A stretch of DNA of 64,000 bases from an uncultured Acidobacteriota bacterium. GTDB lineage: Bacteria; Acidobacteriota; Vicinamibacteria; Vicinamibacterales; UBA2999. Every line of letters starts with the position of its first letter. Positions within the stretch are counted from its first letter, which is position 1. This document shows positions 40,618 through 50,959 of this stretch, piece by piece. Where the stretch lies: assembly GCA_963735875.1 (NCBI GenBank), contig CAVTMO010000010.1, positions 27,095-91,094 of the forward strand. The letters are read 5' to 3'. The translations under genes and the position numbers were made by a program. The notes beneath the pieces were generated by a model, which was not told where the DNA came from, ran no database searches, and saw only the letters and a list, made by a program, of their open reading frames with translations.

Positions 40618-40682
40618 GTGCGCCAGCTGAGGTGGCGAACGAACGTCTCGCCTATCTGGCGAGTATATGGGCAGCGCCGTTC

Positions 40683-40708
40683 CCGGGCGACGGTCGGACG
40701 TCGCCCGG
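40683..40708. terminator. Perfect 10-bp hairpin downstream of the dinB-like gene
   Basis: CCGGGCGACG-gtcgga-CGTCGCCCGG; no U-tract, so function is uncertain. Confidence 0.35.
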
Positions 40709-40740
40709 CGAACGGGAATGGAGGTGAGCGTGGCGCCGGG

Positions 40741-41244
40741 TCAGCCGAACGGGTTCTCGTCGGCGCTGGGCCCGTAGATCGAGGGGATCTTCACGTCGAG
40801 CTCGCGCAGGTACGCCGACAGCTGGCCACGGTGGTGATACCAGTGGTTGAGCATCACCGATCGCAGAAAGGCCCCGCGTGGCACGGCCACCAGCTCGCGT
40901 TCACCGCGCATCAGCCGCCAGTTTTCGGCCAGTGCGGCGTCGTCGAGGGCTCCGACCTGCGCCTTGGCGGCGGCGATGCTCTGATCGAGCGCCGGTATGA
41001 GATCGGCGGCCGACGCCGGCGACGGGTCGCCGTCGAACTGCGGCACCTGCACCGGGGAGGGCTGACAGGCGAAGCCGGCGACGACGCCGGGCACGGCAGC
41101 CACGTGGAGCGCCAGCTCACCGAGCGTGCGCGCCTTCGGATGGGGCTTCCACGTCAGGCGATCGTCGGGCACCCGTTCGAGCAGCCGGCGGGTGGTCTGC
41201 GCTTCCTGCTCGAGCTCCTGCAGCATCGATTGAATGCGGGTCAT
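40741..41244 (-). CDS. DinB-family protein
   Basis: WKPHPKARTLGELALHVA and NHWYHHRGQLSAYLR...IYGPSAD. Confidence 0.9.
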   Translation of the reverse strand: MTRIQSMLQELEQEAQTTRRLLERVPDDRLTWKPHPKARTLGELALHVAAVPGVVAGFACQPSPVQVPQFDGDPSPASAADLIPALDQSIAAAKAQVGALDDAALAENWRLMRGERELVAVPRGAFLRSVMLNHWYHHRGQLSAYLRELDVKIPSIYGPSADENPFG

Positions 41245-41275
41245 CGCATGGTCTCCTTCCTGTGCGGCGTCGGGC

Positions 41276-41725
41276 TCACGCTCGCTCGAGCCGCTGCTTC
41301 ACGCGGTCGAGCACGAGCGGGAAGCCCTGCGTCAGCGCCTCGCGGTAGCCGTCGGGGAAGAGCCCGATCGCCGTGTGGTGCAGGGTGATGAGTGTGCCGC
41401 CGTCCTTGGGCGTGAGCCGGTACTGGACGTTGGACGCGACGGCGAACGACATCATCAGCGGGCCGGTGATCTCGAGCAGGGTCGGCTTCTTGATCGCCTG
41501 CACGTGGCCCCACAGGTGGCCGTTGCCGTCGCCCAGGTCGCGGAACCAGCGGCCGCCGGGCCACGCCTCGAGGGTCATCGGCAGCGGCGTGCCGTTGTGC
41601 CCCTGGTTGGCGGGGCCCATCTCCTCGAGCAGGGCGGCGAAGCTCGCCTCGAGCGACGAGCGGACGTGGATCTCCTGCGTGATGTCGATCGAGAGTCCTT
41701 CGAGTGCGGGAGCGATTGCGGGCAT
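41276..41725 (-). CDS. SRPBCC (AHA1/START-like) protein
   Basis: LEAWPGGRWFRD, GHVQAIKKPTLLEITG. Confidence 0.8.
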   Translation of the reverse strand: MPAIAPALEGLSIDITQEIHVRSSLEASFAALLEEMGPANQGHNGTPLPMTLEAWPGGRWFRDLGDGNGHLWGHVQAIKKPTLLEITGPLMMSFAVASNVQYRLTPKDGGTLITLHHTAIGLFPDGYREALTQGFPLVLDRVKQRLERA

Positions 41726-41756
41726 GAGACCTCCTGTGCCGTCGTTGTCGACGGCG

Positions 41757-42077
41757 TCAATTGCGCTCGGCGCGCGACTTCACGCGGCTGAGCTGATTCC
41801 GCCAGAGCCGTTCGAACCTGCCGGCCCATTCGTGCACCGGCCGGATACCCTCGGCGTTGGTGCGGTAGAACGCCTGGCGGCCGTCGCGGCGCACGTCCAC
41901 CAGGCCCACGTCGAGCAGCACGCGCAGGTGCTTGGAGACCGACGGCTGCGCCAGCCCGAGCGTGTCGGCGATGTCACCGACCCCGCGCTCCCGGGCGGCG
42001 AGCAGGGTGAGGATGTCGCGGCGGCGCGGCTCGGCGATGGCGTTGAAGTTGTCGGACGTGGCGGCGGCCCGGGCCAT
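41757..42077 (-). CDS. ArsR-family regulator
   Basis: FNAIAEPRRRDIL, QPSVSKHLRVL. Confidence 0.9.
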   Translation of the reverse strand: MARAAATSDNFNAIAEPRRRDILTLLAARERGVGDIADTLGLAQPSVSKHLRVLLDVGLVDVRRDGRQAFYRTNAEGIRPVHEWAGRFERLWRNQLSRVKSRAERN

Positions 42078-42082
42078 GACCA

Positions 42083-42113
42083 ATCATATTCCCATTTGGG
42101 AATCTTTTGTCAA
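42083..42113 (-). promoter_or_regulatory. Probable leaderless promoter with palindromic operator
   Basis: TTGACA-N19-TATGAT ending 5 nt before ATG 42077; spacer holds ATTCCC-ATTT-GGGAAT (42088-42103). Confidence 0.65.
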
Positions 42114-42214
42114 GCGGTCCGCCCGGCGCGGCTGTAAACTCGCGCCACCTCGAGCGTCACGCGAGCGATTCACGGCCGGTGATAGGCTGAGAAAAATTCG
42201 TCGAGGAGATCCAC

Positions 42215-42649
42215 ATGGCTCGCGTCAGCACCTACCTGAATTTCGCTCGCTCCACCGAAGAGGCGTTCACCTTCTACAAATCGGTGTTCGGCACCGAGTT
42301 CGTGCAGTCGATCGCCCGCTTCAAGGACGTCCCGCCATCACCCGACATGCCGCCCCTGCCGGAGGCCGACAAGAACCTCGTCATGCACGTCGCCCTGCCG
42401 ATTCTCGGCGGTCACGTGCTGATGGGCACCGATTCGCCCGAGTCGATGGGGCCGCTCACCAAGGGCAACACCGTGTCGATCAACCTCGAGCCCGACACCC
42501 GCAAGGACGCCGATCGCCTCTACGCCGCGCTCGCCGCCGGCGGCAAGAAGGAGATGCCGCTGCAGGAGATGTTCTGGGGCGCCTACTGGGGGATGGTCGA
42601 GGACCGCTTCGGCGTCCGCTGGATGGTGAACTGCGAGAGCAAGACCTAG
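42215..42649 (+). CDS. VOC/PhnB-family protein
   Basis: TYLNF..EEAFTFYKSVFG, VMHVAL, MPLQEMFWGAYWGMVEDRFGVRWMVN. Confidence 0.9.
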   Translation: MARVSTYLNFARSTEEAFTFYKSVFGTEFVQSIARFKDVPPSPDMPPLPEADKNLVMHVALPILGGHVLMGTDSPESMGPLTKGNTVSINLEPDTRKDADRLYAALAAGGKKEMPLQEMFWGAYWGMVEDRFGVRWMVNCESKT

Positions 42650-42675
42650 GCACGCCGCGCAGCGGGTCCCCGGCG

Positions 42676-43561
42676 TCATGGTGACGACGGGAAGACGCCC
42701 TGGTCGCAGATCGTGTAGGTCAGGCCGTTGGGCGCCGCGGCCCTCAGGTCGGGCAGTGCGAACGTCGTCGTGCCGTTGCCACCGAACCTCGTCTCGAGCA
42801 GCGAGAAGAGCGCCGTGTTCTGGCTGATGGAGAGCAGCTGGCCGTTGGCCAGCAGGCCCTGTCCGACCCTGCCGGCGGTGAGGATGATTTCGCCGAGGAA
42901 GCAGGTGCGGCCGTTGCCCTCCAGTGCGGTGCCCGTGTTCGTTCCGAACAGGGCCTGGGTGCCGGCCGGCCCAGGCGGGCCGGGCGGGCCCGGTGCACCG
43001 GGCAGTCCCGGGGCGCCTGGCATTCCAGGCGGTCCGACGGATCCCGGCGGTCCAGGCGGACCGATCAGGTTGCCGACGACGTCGGCGTTTCGCAGCACGA
43101 ATCCCGCCGATGGCTGGATCGTCGCGAACGCGGGCGACGGCGACACCACGGCCTGCAGGTAGTAGCGATCGAGCGTCGTGAAGAGGAACGGCGGGGTACC
43201 GCTGATTGCCACGTGTCCGGTGCCGTCGATGACGCCCGACGCGACCACCGCGAACTCGGCCCCGATCGCCAGGCTCACCCCGGCGTGCACGAGGCCGGCG
43301 CCGACGCTGCTGCCGAGCAGCGCGTAGTGCTGCCCGGCGGGACCCGCGATCGTCATGGTCACGACCTCGCCGGGCGTGACGACATCGGTCGCCGTCGTCA
43401 GGGTCACCTGGGCGTGCGCCGGGGCGCCTGCGCCGATGATCGCGAGCAGGGCCACGCCGATCGGCGTGCCGACGCAGCAGCACGCCCGGCGCAACGAACG
43501 CGCACGCCCGCGCCACACGTGCTCGTATCGCGCGTGCCGCTGCCACATCGCGTTTGGTCAT
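42676..43561 (-). CDS. Secreted collagen-repeat protein with C-terminal phage tail-collar domain (5' frameshift near 43480)
   Basis: AGAGGAG RBS before ATG 43561; signal AHA-Q; about 11 Gly-X-Y triplets; FLGEI...[32 protein letters not shown]. Confidence 0.8.
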
Positions 43562-43602
43562 CTGAGACTCCTCTCGCGCGGGGGAACTGCCGCGCTCAGG
43601 GT

Positions 43603-43618
43603 AGCAAAGGCAACGCCA
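43603..43618 (-). promoter_or_regulatory. Sigma54 promoter
   Basis: TGGCGT-TGCCT-TTGCT, GG-N10-GC, about 40 bp upstream of ATG 43561; AT-richer dyad TTCAAGTCGATTTGAA near 43690. Confidence 0.65.
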
Positions 43619-43770
43619 TGGGAGACGCGACGCTGGCAGGACCAGCGCCAGAGCCGCCGACGACCAATGAGCGTTGATACAATGCGATTCAAGTCGATTT
43701 GAATGGCGTCTCAGCGCGATCTACAGTGGCCTGGCCGATCTTGGGCGCATGACATTCACGGGAGAGCCGA

Positions 43771-46700
43771 GTGGCGAGAACGTTGCGTAGGACTCGAACT
43801 GGATCGCTTTCCATCTGCCTGGTCGTCGCCAGCGCCTGCTGCATCGGCGCGTCGCCCGCCTCTGCTCAGACGGCGGCCGGCGAGCTTACCGGCGCGGTGC
43901 ACGATCAGGCCGGGGCTGCCGTTCCCGGCGCGACCATCACGGTCACGGAGACACGGACGAATCTTCAGCGAGTGGCGGTGTCCACGGGCGACGGCTGGTT
44001 CACCGCGCCCGAGCCTGGCGCCCGGCGACTACCGACTCGATGTCGAGCTCGCAGGTTTCAAACCCCTGCGCCGCGAGGGCGTTCGCCTTGCGACGGGCGA
44101 GACGGTGCGGATCGATTTCGATCTCGCGGTCGGAGGCCTGCAAGAACGAGGTGACAGTGGTCGGGGACGCGCCGGCTGCGCGCGGAGACACGTCGAGCCT
44201 CGGGACGTCGTCGACAACCGGCAGGTCGAGCAGCTGCCGTTGAACGGCCGCGGCTTCATGATGCTGCGACGCCTCGTCCCCGGCGTGGCGATGCCCCGCC
44301 GCCGGCCGCCCCGTTCGCCGCGCATCAACGGCGGGCGACCGCGCACCAACGAGTATCTCTTCGACGGCATCTCGGTGCTGCAGCCCGAACCCGGACAGGT
44401 GGCCTACTTCCCCAATCATCGACGCCATCCAGGAGTTCAAGATCGAGAGCAACAGCCCGCCGGCCGAGTTCGGGCGGTTCAATGGCGGCGTGGTCAACCT
44501 GACGACCAAGGCCGGCACCAATGACGTTCCACGGCACCGGCTTCGAGTTCCTTCGCGACGAGGATCTGAACGCCCGCAATTTCTTCGCGGCAGGACCAAT
44601 CCGGTCAAACCGAAGTATCGGCGCAATCAGTTCGGCGGCATGATCGGCGGCCGATCCGGCGCGACCGCACGTTCTTCTTCGCCGACTATCAGGGGCAGCG
44701 ACAGACGATCGGCCGCACCGTCATCTCGACGGTGCCGACCCTGTTGCAGCGCCAGGGCATCTTCACGAAGCGATCGCCGGACGGGTGCCGCACATCTACG
44801 ACCCGGCGACGACGACCGGTCGGGCGCCAGCGCCACCCGGCAGCCGTTTCCGGACAACACCATCCCGCCAACCGCATCGACCCGGTGGCCCGGCACCTGC
44901 TCGAGCGCTATCCCGCTGCCGACCAGCGCCGGCACCGCCAACAATTACCGGCGGGTCGAGGACGAGGCGGACGATCAGGATCAGTTCAGCGCCCGAGTCG
45001 ACCAGCAGTTCGGCAGCCGGGATCAGGTCTTCGCACGCCTGACCCGGTTCAGCGAGACGTCATACCGGTGACGCCCCGCTGCCGGACGGCAGCGGCGTCA
45101 CGCCGGCACGCTCGGTCCGCAGGACACCACGTCGTACTCGTTCGCCTCGAGCTACCTGCACACGTTCTCCGACACGATGGTGAACGAGCTGCGGGTCGGC
45201 GATACGCGGCGCACGGTGGGACGCTCGGTGACGCAACTCGACGGCACCGCCTCGAGCAGCCTCGGCATTCCGGGGATTCCGACCGACGGCGCAGTTTCCC
45301 GTACACGCTGCCGACCTTCACCATCGCCGGCTACCAGCAGCTCGGGTCCCCGACCAACACCGCCAGCGACTTCGGCACCAGCGTCACGCAGATCGCCGAC
45401 ACGCTCACCTGGCTGAAGGGCCGGCACACCGTCAAGGCCGGCGCCGATCTGCGCTGGGAGCGACTGAACGTGGTGCAGCCGCCCTCGCCGACCGGGTCGT
45501 TCGTCTTCTCCAACCTGTTCACCGATCTCCCCAACGTGGCCAACACCGGGACGCCGTTTGCCAGCTTCCTGCTCGGACAGGTGGCCGACCTTCTCGATCG
45601 ACCTGCAGCAGCAGGAGATCCGCAACCGCGCGCCGTTCCAGGAGTACTTCGTCCAGGACGACTGGCGGGTCAGCGATCGCATCACCGTCAACGCCGGCCT
45701 GCGCTACACGCTGAATTTCCCGTCCACCGAGGAGAACGACCAGGTCGGGGTGTTCAACCTCGACACGCAACAGCTGGAGTTCGCCGGTCGCGACGGACAG
45801 CCGCGTGCCGCGCGGGAGCTGCACAAGGACAACTTCGGCCCGCGCCTCGGAGTGGTCGGCCGGGTCACCGACACGACGGTGGCCCGTGCGGGGTACGGCC
45901 TGGTGTGGATCGAGATGGCCGGAATCACCACGCCGTTCACGACGCCGGTGTTTCCCTTCCTGCAGACCGTGTCGCAGCGCACGCTCGACAACCTGACCCC
46001 GGCGTTCACGCTGGCCACCGGCCCGAGCGTGGCGCCGATCCCTCTGACGCCCGACCGCCGGGCTCGGGCAGGGGGTGTTCTCGGTGGACCGAGACCTGGG
46101 CTCGGGCTACGCGCAGCAGTGGAACGCCTCGGTGCAGCAATCGCTGGGGGCGAACATCGCGGTCGAGGTGGCCTACATCGGCTCGAAGATCACGCGGGTC
46201 GGCCTGCCCGACACCAACATCAACCAGCTCACGGTCGACCAGCTGGCCCGCGGCGCGACGCTCACCTCGCGGGTGCCCAACCCGTATTTCGGCCTCATCC
46301 CGCGCTCCTCGTCGCTCGGCGATCCGACGATCACGGTGGCGCAGCTGCAGAAACCGTATCCGCAATACACGACGGTGAGCCTCTACCGCAACAACGTCGG
46401 CAACACCATCTACCACGGCGTGTACGTGAAGCTCGAGCAGCGGATGTCCGGCGGGCTGTCGTACCTGGTCGGCTACACGCGCTCGACGCTGTCCGACGAC
46501 GCCTCGTCGGTCTTCGACGCGTCGATTCTCACCGGGCCGGTGGCCAATTTCCCCGTCGCCGACAGCTTCAACCGCCGGCTCGAGCGCGACTACTCGACTG
46601 GCGACATCCCGCACGTGTTCGTCGCCTCGGCGGTGTGGGACCTCCCGTTCGGAGCGGACCGGCGCGTCCGGCCGGGGGGCGTGGTCGGCGCGCTGGTCAA

Positions 46701-47142
46701 CGACTGGACGCTCACCGGCATCGTCACGCTGCAGTCGGGGGTGCCGGTCGCCATCGCCCAGACCACGAACAACAACGGCTTCGCCGGGTTCGGCACCCAG
46801 CGTCCGAACATGATCGGCGACCCCGAGCTGCCGTCAGACGAGCGGTCGGCGAGCCGCTGGTTCAACACCGGCGCGTTCGCGGCGGCGCCGCCTTTCACGC
46901 TGGGCAGCAGCACGCGCAATCCCCTGCGCGGCCCGGCCTACCGCAACCTCGACCTGGCGGTGATGCGCCAGGTGCGGCTACGGACGGGGAGCGGCGCTCG
47001 AGCTTCGCGGCGAGGTGTTCAACGCCACCAACACCCGACACTTCGGCGCGCCGACACCACGGTGGGCGCGGCGGCCTTCGGCACGATCACCACGGCGGGC
47101 GATCCACGGGTCGTCCAGCTGGCGGTGAAGTTCTGGTTCTAG
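43771..47142 (+). CDS. Oar-like TonB-dependent receptor, heavily frameshifted
   Basis: GAVHDQAGAAVPGATITV, QLPLNGR, FVQDDWRVSDRITVNAGLRY, NFGPRLG, terminal QLAVKFWF across many frames. Confidence 0.8.
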
Positions 47143-47161
47143 GCGGCTTTTCGATTGTGGC

Positions 47162-47213
47162 GTAGGGCGAAGCTTCAGCTCCGCCATAAGGCAGCTCTGA
47201 AGAGCCGCCCTAC
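47162..47213. repeat. GTAG-type REP doublet, copy 3 (inverted relative to copies 1 and 2)
   Basis: GTAG-GGCGAAGC-TTCA-GCTCCGCC-ataa-GGCAGCTC-TGAA-GAGCCGCC-CTAC. Confidence 0.85.
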
Positions 47214-47762
47214 GTCGGGCAGCACCGCGGCGAAGCGCGCCGTGTAGCTGTCGTTCAGCGTTCCCCAGCCGAACTGCATCGCGTCCTGGGCCGCGATGCG
47301 TCCCACCGGCGTGCCCTGCAGCCATCGATCGGCCACGTCGAGGCAGATGTGCCAGCCCGCCGCCACCTTCGGCAGCCACTCCGGACCGGAGACCGTGTGC
47401 GAGAGGGTGAGCCGCGTGCCGGATGCGGTGGGCGCCAGCTCCCAGCGCAAGAAGTCCTTCTCCCACGTGTACTCGAGCAGGCGCGGCCGCTCGGCCCGCG
47501 TCACGACCGCCGGCGAGTGCTCGGTGCCGTCGCCGCCGGCCATCACCAGGGTGACCGGCCCGAGCACCGCCAGGCTGCGCGGCGTATCGAAGGGCGCCCA
47601 CTCACGCAACTCGTCGGGATCGGTCAACGCCGCCCACACCGACTCGGGTGGATGCGCCAGGTCTTTCACGAACACCAGCGTCAGGCGGCCATCGTCGTTG
47701 CGGACGCTGGCCTCGCCGATCGGGCTGGGCTGGTAGCGGACTCGCTCGTCGGTCGGTGTCAT
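47175..47762 (-). CDS. SRPBCC (AHA1-like) protein
   Basis: LAHPPESVWAALTDP..L.EW, PRLLEYTW, GTRLTL, AAGWHICLD. Confidence 0.85.
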   Translation of the reverse strand: MTPTDERVRYQPSPIGEASVRNDDGRLTLVFVKDLAHPPESVWAALTDPDELREWAPFDTPRSLAVLGPVTLVMAGGDGTEHSPAVVTRAERPRLLEYTWEKDFLRWELAPTASGTRLTLSHTVSGPEWLPKVAAGWHICLDVADRWLQGTPVGRIAAQDAMQFGWGTLNDSYTARFAAVLPDVGRLFRAALWRS

Positions 47763-48090
47763 CGCGTCGATCCTTTCGCGCGCGCGGTCTTGCGTTCGAG
47801 GTGGCGCTCGAGCGCGCCGAGACTGTGGCGCCACCGGTTGCGATAGGGCTCGAGCCACTGCATCGAGCTCGAGGAACGGTTCCGCCCGCAGCGTGTACAT
47901 CCGCCACTGTGCGTGCACGCGGCACTCGACCAGCCCGCCGTCGCGCAAGCACGCGCAGGTGCTTGGAGATGGTCGGTTGCGGTAACCCGAGCGCCGCTTC
48001 GATCTCCTGCACCGAGCGCTCGCGCTCGAGCAGCAGCCCGACGATCGCCCGCCGGTTGGGTTCGGCCAGGGTCGCGAACGTGGATTCCAT
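47759..48090 (-). CDS. ArsR-family regulator (frameshifted)
   Basis: FATLAEPNRRAIV, QPTISKHLRVL, then GLVECRVHAQWRMY and WLEPYR in other frames. Confidence 0.82.
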
Positions 48091-48164
48091 AGCCGGTATA
48101 TACCTCATATGGAATATTGATCAAGCGGCCTGATTTGAGGCTCTCGAGCCAGTCCAGGGTGCAC

Positions 48165-48222
48165 TTGACAGCCCACCGGCATCCGTGTAATAAACCAAAT
48201 GGTTACGTAACCGATGGGTTAT
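48165..48222 (+). promoter_or_regulatory. Sigma70 promoter with tandem ArsR operators
   Basis: TTGACA-N17-TAATAA followed by AACC-AAAT-GGTT and TAACC-GATG-GGTTA dyads before ATG 48225. Confidence 0.72.
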
Positions 48223-48224
48223 CT

Positions 48225-48590
48225 ATGATCCCCGACGCCCTGAGTGCCACCTTCGCCGCCCTGGCCGACCCGACCCGCCGCGCGATCCTGTCGCGGCTCG
48301 CCGCGGGTCAGTGCACGGTCACCGAGCTGGCCGAGCCGTTCGACATGACCATGCCGGCCGTGTCGAAGCACCTGCGCGTGCTCGAGCGCGCCGGGCTCGT
48401 CGCCCGCGGCCGCGAGGCGCAGTGGCGGCCGTGCCGCTTGCAGGCGGCGCCGCTCAAGGACGTGGCCGAGTGGACCGAACGCTACCGCGACATCTGGGAA
48501 GGGCGGCTCGACCGCCTCGACAGCTACCTGAAGGAACTCGAAACCACGCACAAGGAGAAGAGTCATGGCCGTCAGCCACGCCGCAAATAG
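48225..48590 (+). CDS. ArsR-family regulator
   Basis: TFAALADPTRRAIL, MPAVSKHLRVLERAGLV..GREAQWRPC. Confidence 0.92.
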   Translation: MIPDALSATFAALADPTRRAILSRLAAGQCTVTELAEPFDMTMPAVSKHLRVLERAGLVARGREAQWRPCRLQAAPLKDVAEWTERYRDIWEGRLDRLDSYLKELETTHKEKSHGRQPRRK

Positions 48591-49068
48591 CCGGACGTTC
48601 GAAGTCAGGACGCCCACCGACACCGAGATCACGATGACGCGTCTCTTCGACGCGCCGCGCCACCTGGTGTTCGAGGCGATGACCAAGCCCGAGCACGTGA
48701 GGCGCTGGTGGGGGATCCTCGACGACGGGTACTCGGTGCCGGTGTGCGAGATCGACCTGCGGCCCGGCGGCAAGTGGCGCTTCGTGGGCAAGGGACCCAA
48801 GGGACAGGCGCCCGACTTCTACGGCGAGTACCGCGAGATCGCCCCGCCCGAACGGCTCGTCTACACCGAGATCTTCGCGCCGTTCCCCGACGTGGTCTCG
48901 GTGGTCACCAGCGTGCTGACCGAGGAGCAGGGCAAGACGCGCCTGACGGTGAGCTGCACCTACCCGTCGAAGGAGGTGCGCGACATGGTGGTCAACACTG
49001 GCATGGAGCGCGGCGCGGCCATCAGCTACGACCGGCTCGAGGACGTGGCCCGCGAGCTGGCCGGCTGA
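48565..49068 (+). CDS. SRPBCC (AHA1-like) protein
   Basis: TRLFDAPRHLVFEAMTKPE..RRWWG, CEIDLRPGG, GMERG. Confidence 0.9.
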   Translation: MAVSHAANSRTFEVRTPTDTEITMTRLFDAPRHLVFEAMTKPEHVRRWWGILDDGYSVPVCEIDLRPGGKWRFVGKGPKGQAPDFYGEYREIAPPERLVYTEIFAPFPDVVSVVTSVLTEEQGKTRLTVSCTYPSKEVRDMVVNTGMERGAAISYDRLEDVARELAG

Positions 49069-49114
49069 GTGGCGGGTGGGGGCCGCGCGAGGCGGCCCTC
49101 CCCTCCGCGGGCGT

Positions 49115-49771
49115 CTACGCCGCGTCGACGCGATCGACGCCCTGCCCGGGCGGCTCGCCCAGGAACTCGACCCAGGCCCGCTTCATGCACGGGTAGTGCG
49201 CGGCCGCCTCGGCGAGGGACAGGAAGGCCTGCACCGTCTTGTCGAAGCGTGCCCGCAGCGCCGCGTCGCTGAGGTCGTCGCCGGCGAAGGCCTTGTGGGC
49301 CGCCGACAGCGAGAACATGTCGGGATAGATCCGCGCCCCGAGATGCTCGAACGGCACGCGCAGGGCCCACAGGCCGCGGTTGCCGCCAACCAGCGACGGC
49401 GACGCCGACAGCAGCAGGCCATGCCGGCCGTCGAAGGGCTGCGGACGGAACCGCGAGGTCCAGTCGATCAGGTTCTTGAGCCCGCCCGGCATCGAGCCGT
49501 TGTATTCGGGGGAGGCGATGACGAAGGCATTGCTCGCGGTCAGCCGCGCCTGGAACGCCTTGGCGCCGTCGGGCACCCCGTGGGCGGCCTCGAGATCGCC
49601 GTCGTAGATCGGCACGTCGAACTCGCGCATCGAGGCCAGGTCCACGGCGGCGCCGGTCTCGCCGGCGACCCGGGCGGCGAGGGCCGCCAGCTTGCGGTTG
49701 AGCGACTCGGCGCGAAGCGACGCCGCGCAGATGAAGACCTTCATGGCGGGCGAGGCAGATGGACTCGTCAT
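49115..49771 (-). CDS. NADPH-dependent FMN reductase
   Basis: ASLRAESLN, ASPEYNGSMPGGLKNLIDW. Confidence 0.9.
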   Translation of the reverse strand: MTSPSASPAMKVFICAASLRAESLNRKLAALAARVAGETGAAVDLASMREFDVPIYDGDLEAAHGVPDGAKAFQARLTASNAFVIASPEYNGSMPGGLKNLIDWTSRFRPQPFDGRHGLLLSASPSLVGGNRGLWALRVPFEHLGARIYPDMFSLSAAHKAFAGDDLSDAALRARFDKTVQAFLSLAEAAAHYPCMKRAWVEFLGEPPGQGVDRVDAA

Positions 49772-49844
49772 TTGAACAATCCCTTGGCACCTAGATTACC
49801 GCCCAGCCGGCACCACCGCTGTCGGCCAGCGATAATCGTGGGCC

Positions 49845-50939
49845 ATGGCGGCGAGCCTGTCTGGCCAGATCGCGGCGTTCTTCCTGTTCGACGTCGCCGA
49901 GGGCGCGGACCTGGCGGCGGTGCGGGCGCTGCTCGGCGGCGCCGGGCAGAGCGTTCGCCTGGCGTCGAGGCCCGTCCTCCCCGCCTACGTTCAGTACCTC
50001 CACGCGCCCGTGCAAGCGGATGCCGACGCGATGGGGCTGCCGAAGGTGGAGGGCTGGTCCAGCCGGCTCAAGGTCTACGACTACGGCGTGGTCTCGCTGT
50101 CGCTGACGCGGCCGTTCGGCGGGAGCTGGGCCGACCTGACAGCCCTGTCGCAAACGCTGTTGACCACGGCGCCGCTCGAAGCAAGCGCAGAGGCGTGCTG
50201 CCGCCAGGCCATGGACAAGCTCGGCAGCGCCCTGCAGCAGCCGCGCGACGCCTATCTCTCGGAAGACTACTTCGTTTACGGCATCACCTCGGTCGAGGGC
50301 AATCCGTCGGCCGAGGCGCTGGTGGCAGCGCACGGCGACGACATCGCCCGGCTGCTGCGCGGCGAGGTCGAGCCGCTCAGCACGCAGGAGCGCGACGAGG
50401 TGTTGCGGCACCGCCTCTCCTACCTCGCCACCAATCTCGTGGTGCCGTCGTGGAACGGCGCGTTGGTCTACGACACCGAGGCCGGCCTGGCCGGCGCCCT
50501 CGAGATCCTCGAGTTCGCCAACTCGCAGCTGCTGCAGTTCCGCTACTACGATCAGCGGCTCGACCGCGAGCTGGCCCAGATCTATGCCCGGCTGCAGACC
50601 ACCCGGTGGTACGAGCCGTGGATCGGCCGGCGCTACACCGCCGCCGCGCGCGAACTGCACAGCGTCTTCATCGACGTGAACGAGCTCACCGACCGCACCG
50701 AGAACGCCCTGAAACTCGTCGGAGACGTTTACGGCGCTCGCCTGCTCGGGCTGGCCGCGGCCCGACTGGGCCTCGCCGCCTGGAAGGACGCGGTGCGCGA
50801 CAAGCTCAAGACCCTCGACGACATCTACCGCTTCGCGGTCGATCAGACGGCGATGGATCGCGGCGAGGTGCTCGAAGCCGCGATCGTGCTCATCCTGGTG
50901 TTCGAACTGGTACTGTTCTTCATGGGCATCATGACGTGA
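49845..50939 (+). CDS. RMD1/DUF155-like protein with C-terminal TM
   Basis: KVYDYGVVS, LEFANSQLLQFRYYD, LEAAIVLILVFE. Confidence 0.65.
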   Translation: MAASLSGQIAAFFLFDVAEGADLAAVRALLGGAGQSVRLASRPVLPAYVQYLHAPVQADADAMGLPKVEGWSSRLKVYDYGVVSLSLTRPFGGSWADLTALSQTLLTTAPLEASAEACCRQAMDKLGSALQQPRDAYLSEDYFVYGITSVEGNPSAEALVAAHGDDIARLLRGEVEPLSTQERDEVLRHRLSYLATNLVVPSWNGALVYDTEAGLAGALEILEFANSQLLQFRYYDQRLDRELAQIYARLQTTRWYEPWIGRRYTAAARELHSVFIDVNELTDRTENALKLVGDVYGARLLGLAAARLGLAAWKDAVRDKLKTLDDIYRFAVDQTAMDRGEVLEAAIVLILVFELVLFFMGIMT

Positions 50940-50959
50940 CAGGACGTCTGCTGCCGTCG

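Noticed and set aside
42676-43561. Prophage
   Set aside because: Only a tail-collar domain; no integrase, terminase, capsid or other tail genes.
22327-47213. Repeats as a CRISPR array
   Set aside because: Copies are kilobases apart with no repeat-spacer periodicity and no cas genes.
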